A stretch of DNA of 64,000 bases from Spironucleus salmonicida. Its lineage: Eukaryota. The notes beneath the pieces are model-generated. The model was given only the letters and a program-made list of their open reading frames with translations, was not told the DNA's origin and searched no databases. Shown here piece by piece: positions 39,923 through 52,870 of this stretch; position 1 is the stretch's first letter, and each line of letters starts with the position of its first letter. The stretch is taken from NCBI RefSeq assembly GCF_000497125.1, contig NC_090602.1, forward strand, positions 1,240,001 to 1,304,000. The letters are read 5' to 3'. Made by a program: the position numbers and the translations under genes.

Positions 39923-41327
39923 TTAACTAAGCATGTCTACTACTGAGTTTTTCTATACTAATGCTCATTTGATAGAAATGTTATGGAAATAGTCCTAATA
40001 TTTCGGCAACAGGCTAAGATGACAAACTCACTATTTGTTGCAGATACACGAATATCTGGGATTTTCGGGTGATGTATGATTATAGAAGTGTTATTTATGT
40101 CTGTATACCAATTATTTTATAATTTTCACTAAGCTAAGTGAGCTAGCAGACTTAAATTAAAGAGTGTAACATCAATAAGATCGTAAAACATAAAATTTAT
40201 AGGCTTTAATGCACAATATATTATTTGAGTTTAAAATATTGCTATTATACAACTAGATTAGGAACTTTGAGATCGAAATTATTAGTTTGTTATATGAATA
40301 ATTAACCTTAAAGAATGATATTATACATCGATATATTGTATAGATTCACAAATTTTTATATTATTCATCTAATGTCTCTGTAATTATAACACTAATATAT
40401 TTTTAAATTATAATAGTCACTACCGAAAATATTGAGTAATATAGTACTATACACAATAAATATAAATAATAAGAAGATACTTATGGTATCAATTTTCTAC
40501 TATTCATTAAGAAAATACTATACTTTAAACATTATTACCATATTTATAGTCTATCTTAAATTTTACTATTTTAGTATAATAAATAACAATGCATATTTTC
40601 TATTTTTTAACTGTATATTGATTTGTATAATTTATTTACCGTTTATAATCCTTACAATCTATGGTAGCTAGTGATATAGTTTTATAAATCAATCATATGC
40701 TTTATAAAATCAATACCAAATTAATACTCTTATCTGTTGGATTTAAATTATTTGGGATATAACTTAGAATTTGGTAAATACATATTAGTAAAAACTTATA
40801 TTAACCACAGTGCACAAATTTCTGATAATCGTTCAAAAAAATAGAATTATTTTTATTTAATTAAGTGTCAGCGTTAACATTTTGATAAAGTATAATATAG
40901 ATTTGATAAATTTTTATATTTTATACTTATGATAGATAACTATTCATATAAATATTATTAATATATTGAATTCGGATACAAAATTAGACACTAATATCTA
41001 ATTATGCCTTAGATATGTAGTGTATTTCATTATCATCATCATAAAGTTGAGGCATATTATAATATGGTTTGAAACTAGTTTTCACAATGTATATCATATA
41101 AACCTATTAAAAAGATATAGTCTTTTATTATATGAAAAGTAATCAGTTTAAAAGGGTATATTACATATAATCATACATCACCCGAAAATCCCAGATATTC
41201 GTGTATCTGCAACAAATAGTGAGTTTGTCATCTTAGCCTGTTGCCGAAATATTAGGACTATTTCCATAACATTTCTATCAAATGAGCATTAGTATAGAAA
41301 AACTCAGTAGTAGACATGCTTAGTTAA

Positions 41328-42224
41328 TCATTCGTTCATTTCGTCATCAATCATTTCCCGAATCTGTTCTCGGATATCCTGCAGGTTGCGGAAGTTTTAT
41401 TTCATTTCTACAGTAGTAGCTCGTAATTTCTTATTTTCGCTTATAAGCTCTTAAATATCATGTTTCATTTTAACCATCCTCTTGGCTTTCGTATCCACTT
41501 CGTCCTCTAATACTTCTTTCTCCTCATTAAGTTACTCCACTTGTTCCATGAGTATTTTCACCGATGGGACATTATTACCTTCAAAAGAATGCTGATATTA
41601 TTTGATCTTAACTTTGAGTTACTTAATCTAGGTTTCATTTTTCACATTTTGCGTAAGCAATTCGTCATTCTAATTAGTAAGCATAGCAATTTTTGCAAGA
41701 AACAATTCTTTGTCATTTCCAGATTCAACAAGTGCAGAAACAGCAGCAGAGAAACCGCCATTTCTAAAATTATTCAACCCAGATACTCCATTAATTGCGG
41801 CCTTAAGGGTTTCAATTTTCGACTCGTATGCGCCCTATCTCTCCATAAACTGAGATTGCATCCGAATTAATTCTTCTTTCTGCGTTTAATTTTGCCGCTA
41901 TAATGAGAAAAATTCATGTCTAGCTGCATCAAGCTACATCTACGAGTTTCGTCGCTCGTTTCGCAGGTCGTAAAGTTCCGCTTTATTATCAGTATTAATT
42001 TGGGTAAGCTGCTCTGTTCTAAGTTGTGCTGCTGCCAAGGAAGCCTATAGCTGCGATGTATCATTAGCATGCGCGTTTGTCTGCGTCATCAGCGAATTAT
42101 TCAGTTAGGCCGACACTGATCGTTCATGAGCGAGTTCAGATTTTAATTAATTGATATCAGCCATAAGTTAAAGCTAGCGGGCTTCGTGTTGCTAGCGGAG
42201 CAGATCAAAATGTTCGCTATCCAT
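41328..42224 (-). CDS. Coiled-coil protein, copy 2
   Basis: Mirror of 39026-39922. Confidence 0.8.
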
Positions 42225-42292
42225 TCTGGAAAGTTAAGTTTTACAGTAGTTAGGGTATAATACATGGAATTTCAAGATTCGAAATATAACTA

Positions 42293-43423
42293 TCACTAAT
42301 CACTCACTGAGCTCTACCAAAAAGACTCCTCCTGCTCACCATTAGTAATCAGGTATATAACTAATATTGTGATGAAAATCAATAATAAGTAGAAGAGTTC
42401 GAAGCTTTCCTGAAGGATCAGCAGAACTATATTTCCTCCAAAGAAGGAGAACACCACTATGGTGATTGGTAGGAACGAAAACAAGAACATTAAGATGCGT
42501 TGCTACCGGAAGATGTGATTTTTGTAAAAACTTGACAAAAGTGTTAACACTCCAACGAAAAGGACGTACGACGCAGCGATTACAATACCAATTTTCCAAC
42601 TTTTGTATATCTTCGGGTAGACGACCAGAAACACAAAGCTAGAGTAGATTGGAATGAAGAATAGGTTTTTATTGATCAAAGTGAGAGAATAAAAGATGAT
42701 CTGTAGGAAACAAGCGTCGAATTTATAGACGGACATCGATTTGAGAATGATGGAGATTAACGTAAGCTTGTAAATAAGGTTGTGCATCTACGGAATACGC
42801 CTATTACGCAAGAGAAGGACAGCCCCAATAAGCGTTATACTGATCAAACTGTAGTATGGTTAGAATCTGGTACTGGACAGTTTGTAGTACAGCCAGAATT
42901 CTTGGCTCTTTGTCGTTACAAGATAGTTTAGGTTAAAATCTTTCAAATAAAATATGTGAATAATCAGTGAGATTGCCGATAGTAATATTAATTTAATCTT
43001 TTGGGCGCGTACTAGCTCCTTCCAAAACAGGAGCAAAGTGAATACAGATATCAGGGGATTTGCTGAAGGTAGTATCATACATCCGATACTGAACATCACA
43101 TTATCTGATGACAACATACCATTGATAATTAGAAACAAACCAAATGCGCCAATAGACTAGTATTCCAAATTTGGTTTAAATATTTCAGCTAGCCAAAGGG
43201 GATCCAATAACAGGCTGGATACCAGTACTTTAAGCTCGATCTTCTTAATGAACGGGTACCTGGCTAATTTAAACTGATTGGAGTAGTACACGCAGAGCAG
43301 AACGTGGGATATGAAAATAAAAAGATACACCCTATAGTCCTTGCCAAGTTATAGGGACTGTACCTGATCGATATAGTTCAAAAGAATGAATAACGCAATG
43401 GCCACTGGTAGATGGTTGATCAT
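42293..43423 (-). CDS. Multi-pass membrane protein, copy 2
   Basis: Mirror of 37827-38957. Confidence 0.75.
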
Positions 43424-43455
43424 TGCTAGGAAGTAGAAGGACAATATAACTCATA

Positions 43456-43821
43456 TCATAATAATACTATACCCTTTACTTTTTCAAGAAGCAGCTTAAT
43501 CTCGGTCTACCGATCGAACTTGTCATAGGTCATTGTGAGTATACATTCAAGCATATCTGCTATCTACCCTACTATTGCGCCCTTGTGCTCCTCCAGCGCT
43601 GTGCCTAGAACCAGTAGGATATCCTCATTTTTTAGGTAGCTCAGCACGCAACTAATTTCGTACTGGTTCCGCCTGCTATCCTAGTTCTTGTTCTCCAAGA
43701 ATCCTAACACCAACCCCTTCAGAATCCCTGCAACATCGACCCCGAAATTCATGAAGCCTGCTAGTAGGCTGAAGCACACCCGCACCACCGGCTCCTCGCT
43801 ACCAAGAATCTGCTGCCTCAT
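43456..43821 (-). pseudogene. Duplicated 3' fragment of the 35605-37794 gene, with an in-frame ATG just outside the arm (MRQQ-ILGSEEP..., 121 aa)
   Basis: Mirror of 37439-37794; ATG at 43819-43821 is in frame and an in-frame TGA lies upstream at 43837-43839. Confidence 0.55.
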
Positions 43822-44229
43822 ATAAAACTTTTAGAATCACTTCTTATTATCAGCGGTGAACTAATTCTACCTAGTTTTTATAGTAATCATTCGTTTCTCT
43901 TAGGATTATACAATGTAGACTTACCATATCCTATTTTACACAAAAATCATTCTTTCTAATATTTTTAGTTCTAAGCAAAACCAAATAACCTATTGAACCT
44001 AGCCAAATAAATGGCTTTAGCTAATTTTTTTCCTTCACTTAACACATTAAATTGAATCTTCTTATTACATTACATCAAGCTAATTAAGGCATTTATGGTT
44101 AAAATATTCTCAGTAATAACACTTTTGCATAGTTTTCACACCTATAACAATATAGCTTCTACTGCTTACTTTTCAAATTTTCCATATTATCGCAACTTCT
44201 TACTATATGATCAATGCTTTAGTTATCCA

Positions 44230-44811
44230 TCACCCCTCTCCACTCCCGCCCACACAATCTAGTTTCCTGCCAACTTCCTTTCCGCTTAGGAAGCTCATGA
44301 AGCTCAGCTTTTCAAGTTCGTCAATGCTCATTTTCGCAAGGTCGCTCAGGCTTTTACCGGCAAAGTTGCGCGCTTGGCGCTCATTCAGGAGCGTCTTAGC
44401 GCAGTTACCAGCGGAAACGGAAAGGCCTTTCGCGCTGTTGAGTGAAAAAATGGCGTCAGTATTTGCGAAGTAGCGTGCGAAGGAAAGCAGGATTTGAGCT
44501 GTGTTCTGAGGTGAGAACGAAGGGATTTGTGATGAAAAATTTGAGTAAAGGAGCGTGATTTCGTCAATAAAAACTGCAGTTTAAGGCGTGTAGGTGGCAA
44601 TCAACAGTGTATTCTCCTACTTCAATAGTGGAAGGATCTCATGCTGATTTTGCATGATTTACTGGGCAGTCCGTAACATAATATTCAGTGTAGTAGCTAC
44701 AACTTTGGAAGATAGTTAGATATCAAAGGGTTGGTCGTGGAATGTGTATGGGAGAGTAAGGTATTATAAAAGCGGGTTAAATCTAAGTTTTGATGATAGT
44801 TGTATCTCCAT
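44230..44811 (-). CDS. ERCC1: ERCC1/Rad10-like excision repair protein, 193 aa
   Basis: LSSKLRFNPLLQYLTLPYTFHDQPFDIQL resembles the ERCC1 RQRGNPVL..PWEF..D segment; C-terminal HhH-like SLSDLAKMSIDELEKL. Confidence 0.65.
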
Positions 44812-44860
44812 TTAAAGAAAGGATAAATACTGGATAATATATCATAATATAGGCAAATAC

Positions 44861-45142
44861 TCATTTTAGTGTTATTTATTCTAGAGATTTCCATATCTGG
44901 GCTAAACAGGCTTCTTGCGATGATGAGTTATAGATAATGTCTGCTATTGATATTTCTTTAGTGAAATCTGGGTTAAATATTTGCTTTTGCTGCTCGGTTA
45001 ACTCGTGTATTATCTCATTTTAACTTTAGTGAATAAGATTAGATTTTTAGCAAATAGTTACATATTTTGATAAAATCTATCTCTCACGGCTAGGGAAATT
45101 GTTAATTAGGCGTTTTGGGTTCGGTAAAATCCTGTTTTACAT
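44861..45142 (-). CDS. Small hypothetical protein, 93 aa
   Basis: Open code-6 frame MQNRILPNPKR...QITLK. Confidence 0.5.
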
Positions 45143-45242
45143 TTTACTATAAGGTTTATTATATGTTTATATTATTATTCAAACTATATGAAAATATTAT
45201 TATATAAATTTATACACTGTTTATTTTCCCTTTCCACAAAGC

Positions 45243-46175
45243 ATGTCTGATTGGTAGCAAATTCTTGAACAATGTTTCGATCGTTAAATATTACCAGAAG
45301 ATGTGTTAAGAAAGTTGATCTTCGAAGCTATGACAATAATTACCGAAGAACCTACAGTGTTATAAGTTAATTCTATCCCTTTTTTGAATATTATAGGAGA
45401 TATACACGGTTAATTTTATGATTGTCGTTATATGCTAGATGTTGGTGGTAAACCTCCTGATTCACAATATTTATTTTTAGGTGATTATGTTGATCGTGGT
45501 TATTTTTCTTTAGAGACAGTCTAACTGTTAATTTGCTTAAAAGTTAATTATCCAAGTAAAATATTTTTACTTAGAGGTAATCACGAATGTAGGGCAGTTA
45601 CATAATCTTATGGTTTCTTTGATGAATGCATGCGTAAATTTTCTCATGCTGGTATTTGGCGTAACATAATGGAACTTTTTGATCATTTACCTTTAGCTGC
45701 TATTGTTGATGATAGAATTTATTGTGTGCATGGTGGAATATCTCCATCTTTACCTACAATTGATGATGTCCGAATTTTATAAAGAGTATCAGAAATTCCA
45801 TCTGATGGATCTTTTGCGGATCTTATGTGGTCAGACCCTTCAACCACCATTGAGTAATGGGAGCATTCATATCGTGGTGCAGGTTATTTATTTGGTGCAC
45901 GTGCTGTTGAACAATTCTTAAGAATTAATGATCTGGTTTAAATAGCCAGAGCCCATTAATTGGCTATTTAAGGATATTAGAAATATTTCAATGATACAGT
46001 GGTCACTGTTTGGTCTGCTCCTAACTATGCATATAGAACTAAAAATAGCGCTAGCATTATGAAGGTAACAGGTGAATAATAGGACTTTATTATATTTGAA
46101 GCCGTTCCGGCAGATTAAAGGGAGTTACCTCCTGACAGCTATATGAATGGGTAAACTGCAGGATGGGACTAGTGA
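45243..46175 (+). CDS. PPP-family Ser/Thr phosphatase catalytic subunit (PP2A/PP4/PP6 group), 310 aa
   Basis: GDIHGQ, GDYVDRG, RGNHE, HGGISP, DLMWSDP, RAHQL and VWSAPNY motifs. Confidence 0.95.
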
Positions 46176-46368
46176 AAAATATGGATTATTTACGGCTTAT
46201 TATTTGTAGATCAACATTTTTGTTGTAATTTAAAAATATTCAATTTTTACTAAGTATTATACATAGATCGATAATTATATAATAATTAGTGTATTAGTAT
46301 AATAAATTTTAAAAATCACCATCTAATTATATTACATCTATGATTATTTCGTCCCACTCCAATCGAAT

Positions 46369-47730
46369 ATGCCCCCACAATAATTTTTTTAATAGTAACA
46401 TGATTTAAAGAACCCCGCAGTTTCCTATATAAAATATGAAGATTGTATCGGAGTAGGTTCTTTTAAGCGGGTTTTTAGATGCATTAATATATTTGATGGT
46501 AAAGAATACGCGTGGAATGAAGTTAGTTTAGAAAAATTAGATCCAATCTCCTCGTCTAAAATATTTTAAGAGATAAAGTTTTATTAGATACTATCTCATC
46601 CTAATATAATTAAAATTTACCATTAATGGTTCAACGAATAAAATACGTTAATTTTTATTACTGAATTAATATCAGGGGGTTCATTACGAGATTTCATAAA
46701 GAAAATTCATGCCCCATTTAAATTAAAAGTCATTTAAGACTGGTCTCGACAAATTTTATCAGCCTTATAATATTTACATTCTATGAATATTCTACATAGA
46801 GATCTAAAGGCTTAAAATATATATTATGATTATACTACAAATATAGTGAAAATTGGTGATTTGGGTCTTTCAACAACTAGAGAATTTTAAGATATAGAAA
46901 TTGTTTATAATAAATAAATGTCAATGGTAGGCACCAGTGAATTTATGGCTCCTGAAATTTATTTCTAGTAGTATACTGAAAAGGTAGATATCTATGCTTT
47001 TGGAATGTGTATGTGTGAATTCTTCACCAAAGAATTTCCATATTAAGAGTGCAAGCATACTATGGAAATATACAATAAAGTTATGGCTGGTGTTCTTCCA
47101 GAGTGTGTTAAAAAGATTACTAATACTTATGCATCTGACTTAATCAGTCTTTGCTTATAAAATAAACCCGAAAAGCGACCATCAATTGCATAAATATTAT
47201 AAACTGCTTTCATGAAAACAATTTTCAATAATGAAATAGGTTCATCTTCAACACCTTAGATCGGAGCTTTGCGATTTTCTAATCGAAATAGTAATCTACG
47301 GTTAAATATCCCAGCATCACCATCATCTGTTGAAAAGGTACCCCCATAAATATAACTGAAAGTTTAGAATTATCCACCAATTACATAAGTATCAAGCACT
47401 TCAACAATCTTAAGAAACGCTCCTCAAGAGAATGAGCTGGCTTAAGATTTTTCTAAATCTCTAGGATGTTTCGAAACAGCAGATAAAATCCCATTTGTGA
47501 AATTAATTAAGTTGCATGTGAAAAATGGTATCAAAATAATAGAACTTTAGATTACAGTAGGCGAACATAAATATAAATGGCCTGTTAGTGAAGAAGATGT
47601 GGTCTAAAATAGTGTAGAAGAACTTATGGAAGTATGGAAAATTGATAGCCAATATCAATCATTAATAACTGATTAATTCAACTCGATTTGGCGAGATATA
47701 CGATTAGGTATATTAGAAAGCGAAAAGTGA
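46369..47730 (+). CDS. WNK: WNK-family protein kinase, 453 aa
   Basis: GVGSFKRVF (Lys in the Gly loop), AWNEV in place of VAIK, FITEL, WSRQIL, HRDLKAQNI, KIGDLGL, GTSEFMAPE, VDIYAFGMC. Confidence 0.93.
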
Positions 47731-47760
47731 ATTTGTAAACGTTCATATTTTTAATTATAA

Positions 47761-48009
47761 ATGACCTAAGCACAAGAAAAGATATGCTTTGAAGTACTGG
47801 AAATGATATTTGGTAAACTTCCAGAGTATAAGACCTGCGAGGAGTTATTATTTTGCTTAACAGGCGATATGAAAAGTTATGACTTTTTCATGAATCCTTC
47901 ATAAAACAGATTTTTAAAGGAGAGAATCTTAGTATCATTACAGTTGAAAATAAGGGAAAGGCTATCAAATCAAAACATTGCTAGCCTGCACAGTATCCTA
48001 TGGGCGTGA
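47761..48009 (+). CDS. Small hypothetical protein, 82 aa
   Basis: Open code-6 frame MTQAQEKICFEVLEMIFG...SILWA. Confidence 0.5.
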
Positions 48010-48082
48010 CTCGTTTTAATTTTTACTCTAACACGATATATCTATATAGTTTTGAATAAACTCTTCAAAATTCACTCTATTA

Positions 48083-48829
48083 ATGGATTAAATACAAATG
48101 AAACTGGACTAAGTCCTTTAAATAGATAATATTAAGTCTTCTATCGATGAGTCTACGCTAAATACAGTGTAAATGGTCTAAAATATGATAAAAGACCCCA
48201 AGAAACATGATATTTTACTCTAGCAAAAAAACTCTATCACCGAGTTCCTGGACAATTTCCTCGCTGTTCAGACCTAGAAATTCTAAAATTTTATCCCCTA
48301 GCCAACGGCTATTTCCCCAACTAAAAACCCGTCAGATTCTCAGCATCTCGTATCTTCAAACCCGCTCAGTCGCGACATTTTCATCCCCAATACAAACGAC
48401 CCAAACGAGCTCAGAGAAGCACTCAGCAACGCGTACAACGCATCCCTAGAACTTTAGAAGCTGGCAGAGTACCGGGCAAGCCTGAACCGCCAGGCGCGAC
48501 AAATTCTCGAGAAGTCAGAATTGGAAGGGGCAGCGCTGCGCGAAGTCATCCGCTTCCTGCTGGGTGGTAAGGCCGCGACGGTACTGGAGGCGTGCGCAGG
48601 CGGTAGGAGCGGGGTCGAGGTCTTGGAGCGATTTTTCGACGCCCAGAACGTCGACCGATTGAGCATCAACGAGCTCGCGGAAGCCCCCCTGGTGGACAGC
48701 ACCACCTTCATCTCGTGTCAAAAGGGATCGAAGCTGAGGGCGAACTCGAGTAGCCTGCGCCGAAAAGCGCTCAGCGCGTCCCGCGAGAGCGAGTACCAGA
48801 AGCTGCTCAAAAGGGTCAATCTGAAGTGA
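48083..48829 (+). CDS. Hypothetical protein, 248 aa
   Basis: Code-6 extension of supplied ORF 48521-48829; ends AAG-TGA. Confidence 0.7.
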
Positions 48830-48842
48830 GGGTTTTGCGTCT

Positions 48843-51026
48843 TCAAGCGAACTGGATCTTCAAAATTCGAGCCAGCGACACTTTATAAATCTTGCTCGAA
48901 ATCGTCTCCAGAACGAGGAAAAAATTATGCTTCTGGTGGGGTTGCAGGGTGTTCAGTAGCGCTGTTAGCGGGGCGGCAGTGAGCGTTTTCCCCCTTTTTG
49001 GTGTTATAAAATAGCCGTTGGGTGCGGCGCGCGCATGCGGTTAAAAAGACGCCTCGATGCGGGGGACCTGAAATACAGTCTTTTGAACTTTTCCCATTTG
49101 GGGCAGTGCGCGTAATTCGTCAATGTCTCCGTCGTGTAAGTAAAATATGACAATTGCAATCAGATATAGCGCTATAGCGCAGGCGAATAAATCTTCACCA
49201 TAAATTGTTTACTGAAGGCTATACACGTAAATATCGTTCTCGGTTAAGTGGTAATTTCTGTGAATTTCGTGTATTTCGTGTTAAAAGGCGACTAAATTAT
49301 TATGTAAAATGTAATTTTAGAGAATAAAAGAAATTTCAAGATAATGCGGTTTTAACGTTGTTGGGTTGAAATTTGATAGGGGGATTATGTGCATCAGTGA
49401 TATTATAGAACTATTTATATATGGCTCTGTATTTAAAATATGAGCTATAAATGATGGCAGTAATTAAAAGTGATATGAGATAACTAGTTCAGGTGGAATT
49501 TAGTACATATTCTAAATTGATTTCGGAAATTTTAACATTTTACTTAGTACCGCAGCCTATGACTCTATAGTTTAGGAATTTAGATCAGTTGAAATCTCAT
49601 TAAATGCAGAACTAAGCATTGATTCAGTTAATCTTTTTGTAAAAAAAATATAAAGTATCTCTGAATGACTATACGTGGATAACACGATTCTTTAGATATT
49701 TTGTAAGCTTTATAGAGTTTAATGAATTTAATGTAATAATTCTTGCAAAGTTCTCTAGGTAGAATATTAATTCTTTTACTTTCGCATGCTATTACATAAA
49801 CTATATAAATTATATACTCACTTTAATAGTATCTAAATATTTTTAATGAAATATTCAAAATGGAACTTGTTATTAACATGCTTATTCAAAATTTAGATAA
49901 TTAGAAAAAGGTTATTTCGATCTTGCGAGTCCAGCTAATTTATTATCTATACAATACTTCCAATGGTGAATGTACTTTTAATATTTGTAACATTTATTTA
50001 CTAAAACAAATCACCAGACTATGTTATTTACTATTATTTTAATTAGATTATTGATTAAATATTCTAGTTTTGCTCTTAAAATACTTTAAAATATAATTGC
50101 TAATCATTTTTATTTGTTATTTCTTTAACTTATGATAGTTTCCCTCCAAGTAAATAAAAAATAACGATAGAAAAAATGAAGTATGCGCAACAACTCCTTT
50201 AAATAGAGATATCTCTTAATGATAGTGCTAATTCATAAATACAATAATTTTTTTTAGATAATTATAATGTTTCATAAATTTAATTTATTTATTATAAAAA
50301 TTAAATAATAAATGTATGTCTCAGCGTTTTTGACAAAATGTAACTTATTTCTAAATAATGTTTTCTTTAGTAGCATACAGATAACTATAAGGGTCGTAAT
50401 AATGTGATTAGAAATGATGTTTCATATTTTACCCGACTTTATTTTTATTATAAGAAATATAATGTCTATGGGAAAATTTATAACTGAAATGATAGTAATA
50501 ACTCTGGTGTAATCTATAGTTGTAAATTTTCTTTTATAGTATATTATGGAATTGTGATATACGATGGAAGATAAGTTAAAAGATTTGTTATTATTTTAGG
50601 ACCACCTTGCATAATTTTGAATCTAAGTTCTGAAATTGCAATTCTAAGACTATCCTCTGGAATTAACTCTTATAAAATAGATTCTAGAAATATATTTCCT
50701 TAAATTTAGTGCTTTAATAATTATATTTTTTCTATAATTTATTCTACTTATGGTAACATATTGAGTGCATATTTTATAAGTACTGTCGGTTTCAATTATT
50801 TTGATGCGGTCTTTTTGGTTCTGATTTTTCGGACAGATTCTGTCTATATTTAATTCATCATTTTCAACTATATGTTTTATAAAGTTGTTAAAATTGTTAC
50901 TTATTCTTAAGAAACAACATGTTCTTAAGATTCAAATGCCTAATTACAATTAAGACAAATAATGCTAGTCATATCATCTGATATTTTCGTATTATTTGAA
51001 CCACAATTACTGCATGTTGAATTCAT
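48843..51026 (-). CDS. TFIIB-type zinc-ribbon protein, probable TAF1B/Rrn7-like, 727 aa
   Basis: N-terminal CSNCGSNNTKISDDMTSIICLNC, helical body, C-terminal HNFFLVLETISSKIYKVSLARIL. Frame was checked in several blocks. Confidence 0.55.
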
Positions 51027-51103
51027 TCTTTTCTGCTGAAATTATATATAATATTATATAAATCTAATTACATTCGACTCTCCGTTTTAATCAAATCCAC
51101 TAA

Positions 51104-52771
51104 ATGTTAATTCCATCTACTACCTATGCCACTATTTCTAAGATTAATGGACCTCTTGTTACTATCACAGGAGTTAAAAACCCAACATATGGAGAAATAG
51201 TGAACGTTTTATTACCTGATGGTACCAAACGTACTGGTAAAGTGCTTGAAACTTTAGAAGATAAGGCTGTAGTCTAAATTTTTGAAGGTACTGAAAAGTT
51301 AGATATACTAAACTCTAAAGTTGAACTTACTGGTGAACTTATGTAGATTGGTGTTTCTAAACATATGTTAGGTAGAGTATTTGATGGTTAGGGTCGTCCA
51401 ATTGATAATGGTCCTGAAATTATTCCTGAAATGTATTTAGATGTTGAAGGTGCTTCAATCAATCCTTGTAAACGTGTTTATCCCAAATAAATGATTTAAA
51501 CTGGTATATCTTGTATTGATGTCATGACATCTATTGCCCGTGGCCAGAAGATTCCTTTATTCTCTGGCTCTGGTTTGCCTCATAACGAAGTAGCAGCTTA
51601 AATTTGTCGTTAAGCTAAGCTTGTTGATGTTGATGGCCGCAAAGCTGGTTCTGGTGATGATAATTTTGCTATCGTATTTGCTGGTATGGGTTTAACACAT
51701 GAAGCTGCTCGCTTTTTCTAGGAGAATTTCACATAATCTGGTGCTATTTAGCGTACTATTTTATTTTTAAATACTTCTAATTCTCCTACAATTGAACGTA
51801 TCATGACGCCTCGTTTAGCTTTAACTACTGCTGAATTTTTAGCATTTACACATAATTATCATATATTAGTTATTCTTACTGATATGACCTAATACGCTGA
51901 TGCAGTTCGTTAAATTTCAATCTAAAAATAAGAGTTACCTGGTCGTAAATCTTATCCTGGTTATTTATATACTGATTTAGCTTCTATTTATGAGCGTGCT
52001 GGTAGAATTGATCAGAATAACTGGTTTTTAGGTATCAGAAACGGGAACGATGTTTAGTAAATTGGTATGATTAATACTAATTCATTTAAAGTAGAAAATA
52101 TTAAGGTTAACATGCATCATATCTATTAATTATAAAAGGATGGTAAAATTGAACTCAAAGATACTGCTACTGATGAAGATGTTAAAGTCGAAAAGATAAC
52201 TGAATTTACAGATTTCGAAGCTTTCAACAAAGATCCTACTTAATATAAGAATTTAATTATTTATTCTAGAAAGAATGAAAATTCTGGCTCAATCACCTAG
52301 ATCCCTATTTTAACACTGCCAAACGATGATATTTCACACACTATTCCCGATTTAACTGGTTATATTACTGAAGGTTAAGTTTTTGTTTCTCGTAAACTAT
52401 CAAATATGGGGTTGTATCCTTGTTTAGATCCCCTACCTTCTCTCTCACGTTTAATGAAGTCAGCTATCGGTGAAGGTATGTCTAGAAAAGACCATCAAGA
52501 TGTTTCTAACTAGTTATATTATTGTTATGCTTTAGCCTAGGAAGTATAAAACATCAAATAAATTGTTGGTGAGGACGCTCTTAGCGCTGATGATAAAATC
52601 TATCTTGCATTCTTAAATGAGTTTGAGACTAAATTCCTCAAACAAGGTTAGTTCGAAGATAGATCTATTTAAGAATCTCTTGACATTGCATGGGGAATCC
52701 TTAGAATGTTCCCTGAAAGACTTTTGTAACGTATTCCAAATGACATTATCGAATAATTTTACAGAAAGTGA
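51104..52771 (+). CDS. VMA2: V-type ATPase subunit B with an internal insertion, 555 aa
   Basis: [72 protein letters not shown]. Confidence 0.96.
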
Positions 52772-52870
52772 TGTTTTATTTTGCTATTTCGTATTTTCGT
52801 TACATAGAATTATAATTTTGTATATATATTTACTCTAGTTCAAATACTATCTTTTTTCACTTCCTCATAA

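Larger units (their letters stand above)
37439..40084 (+). repeat. Left arm of a 2,646-bp inverted duplication
   Basis: Position x pairs with 81250-x. Mirrored ORFs give identical translations, and the boundaries were read base by base. Confidence 0.95.
41166..43811 (-). repeat. Right arm of the 2,646-bp inverted duplication
   Basis: Reverse complement of 37439-40084. Confidence 0.95.

Noticed and set aside
40432-40671. 79-aa ORF in the inverted-repeat spacer
   Set aside because: Non-ATG start and low-complexity I/Y/N/F composition expected from AT-rich DNA.
37439-43811. Transposon with long terminal inverted repeats
   Set aside because: The arms consist of ordinary host genes; no transposase and no target-site duplication are evident.
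52010-52285. Intein or intron in V-ATPase B
   Set aside because: No intein splice-junction residues or endonuclease motifs. The frame is open, and no convincing 5' splice site/branch point/AG set spans the insert.
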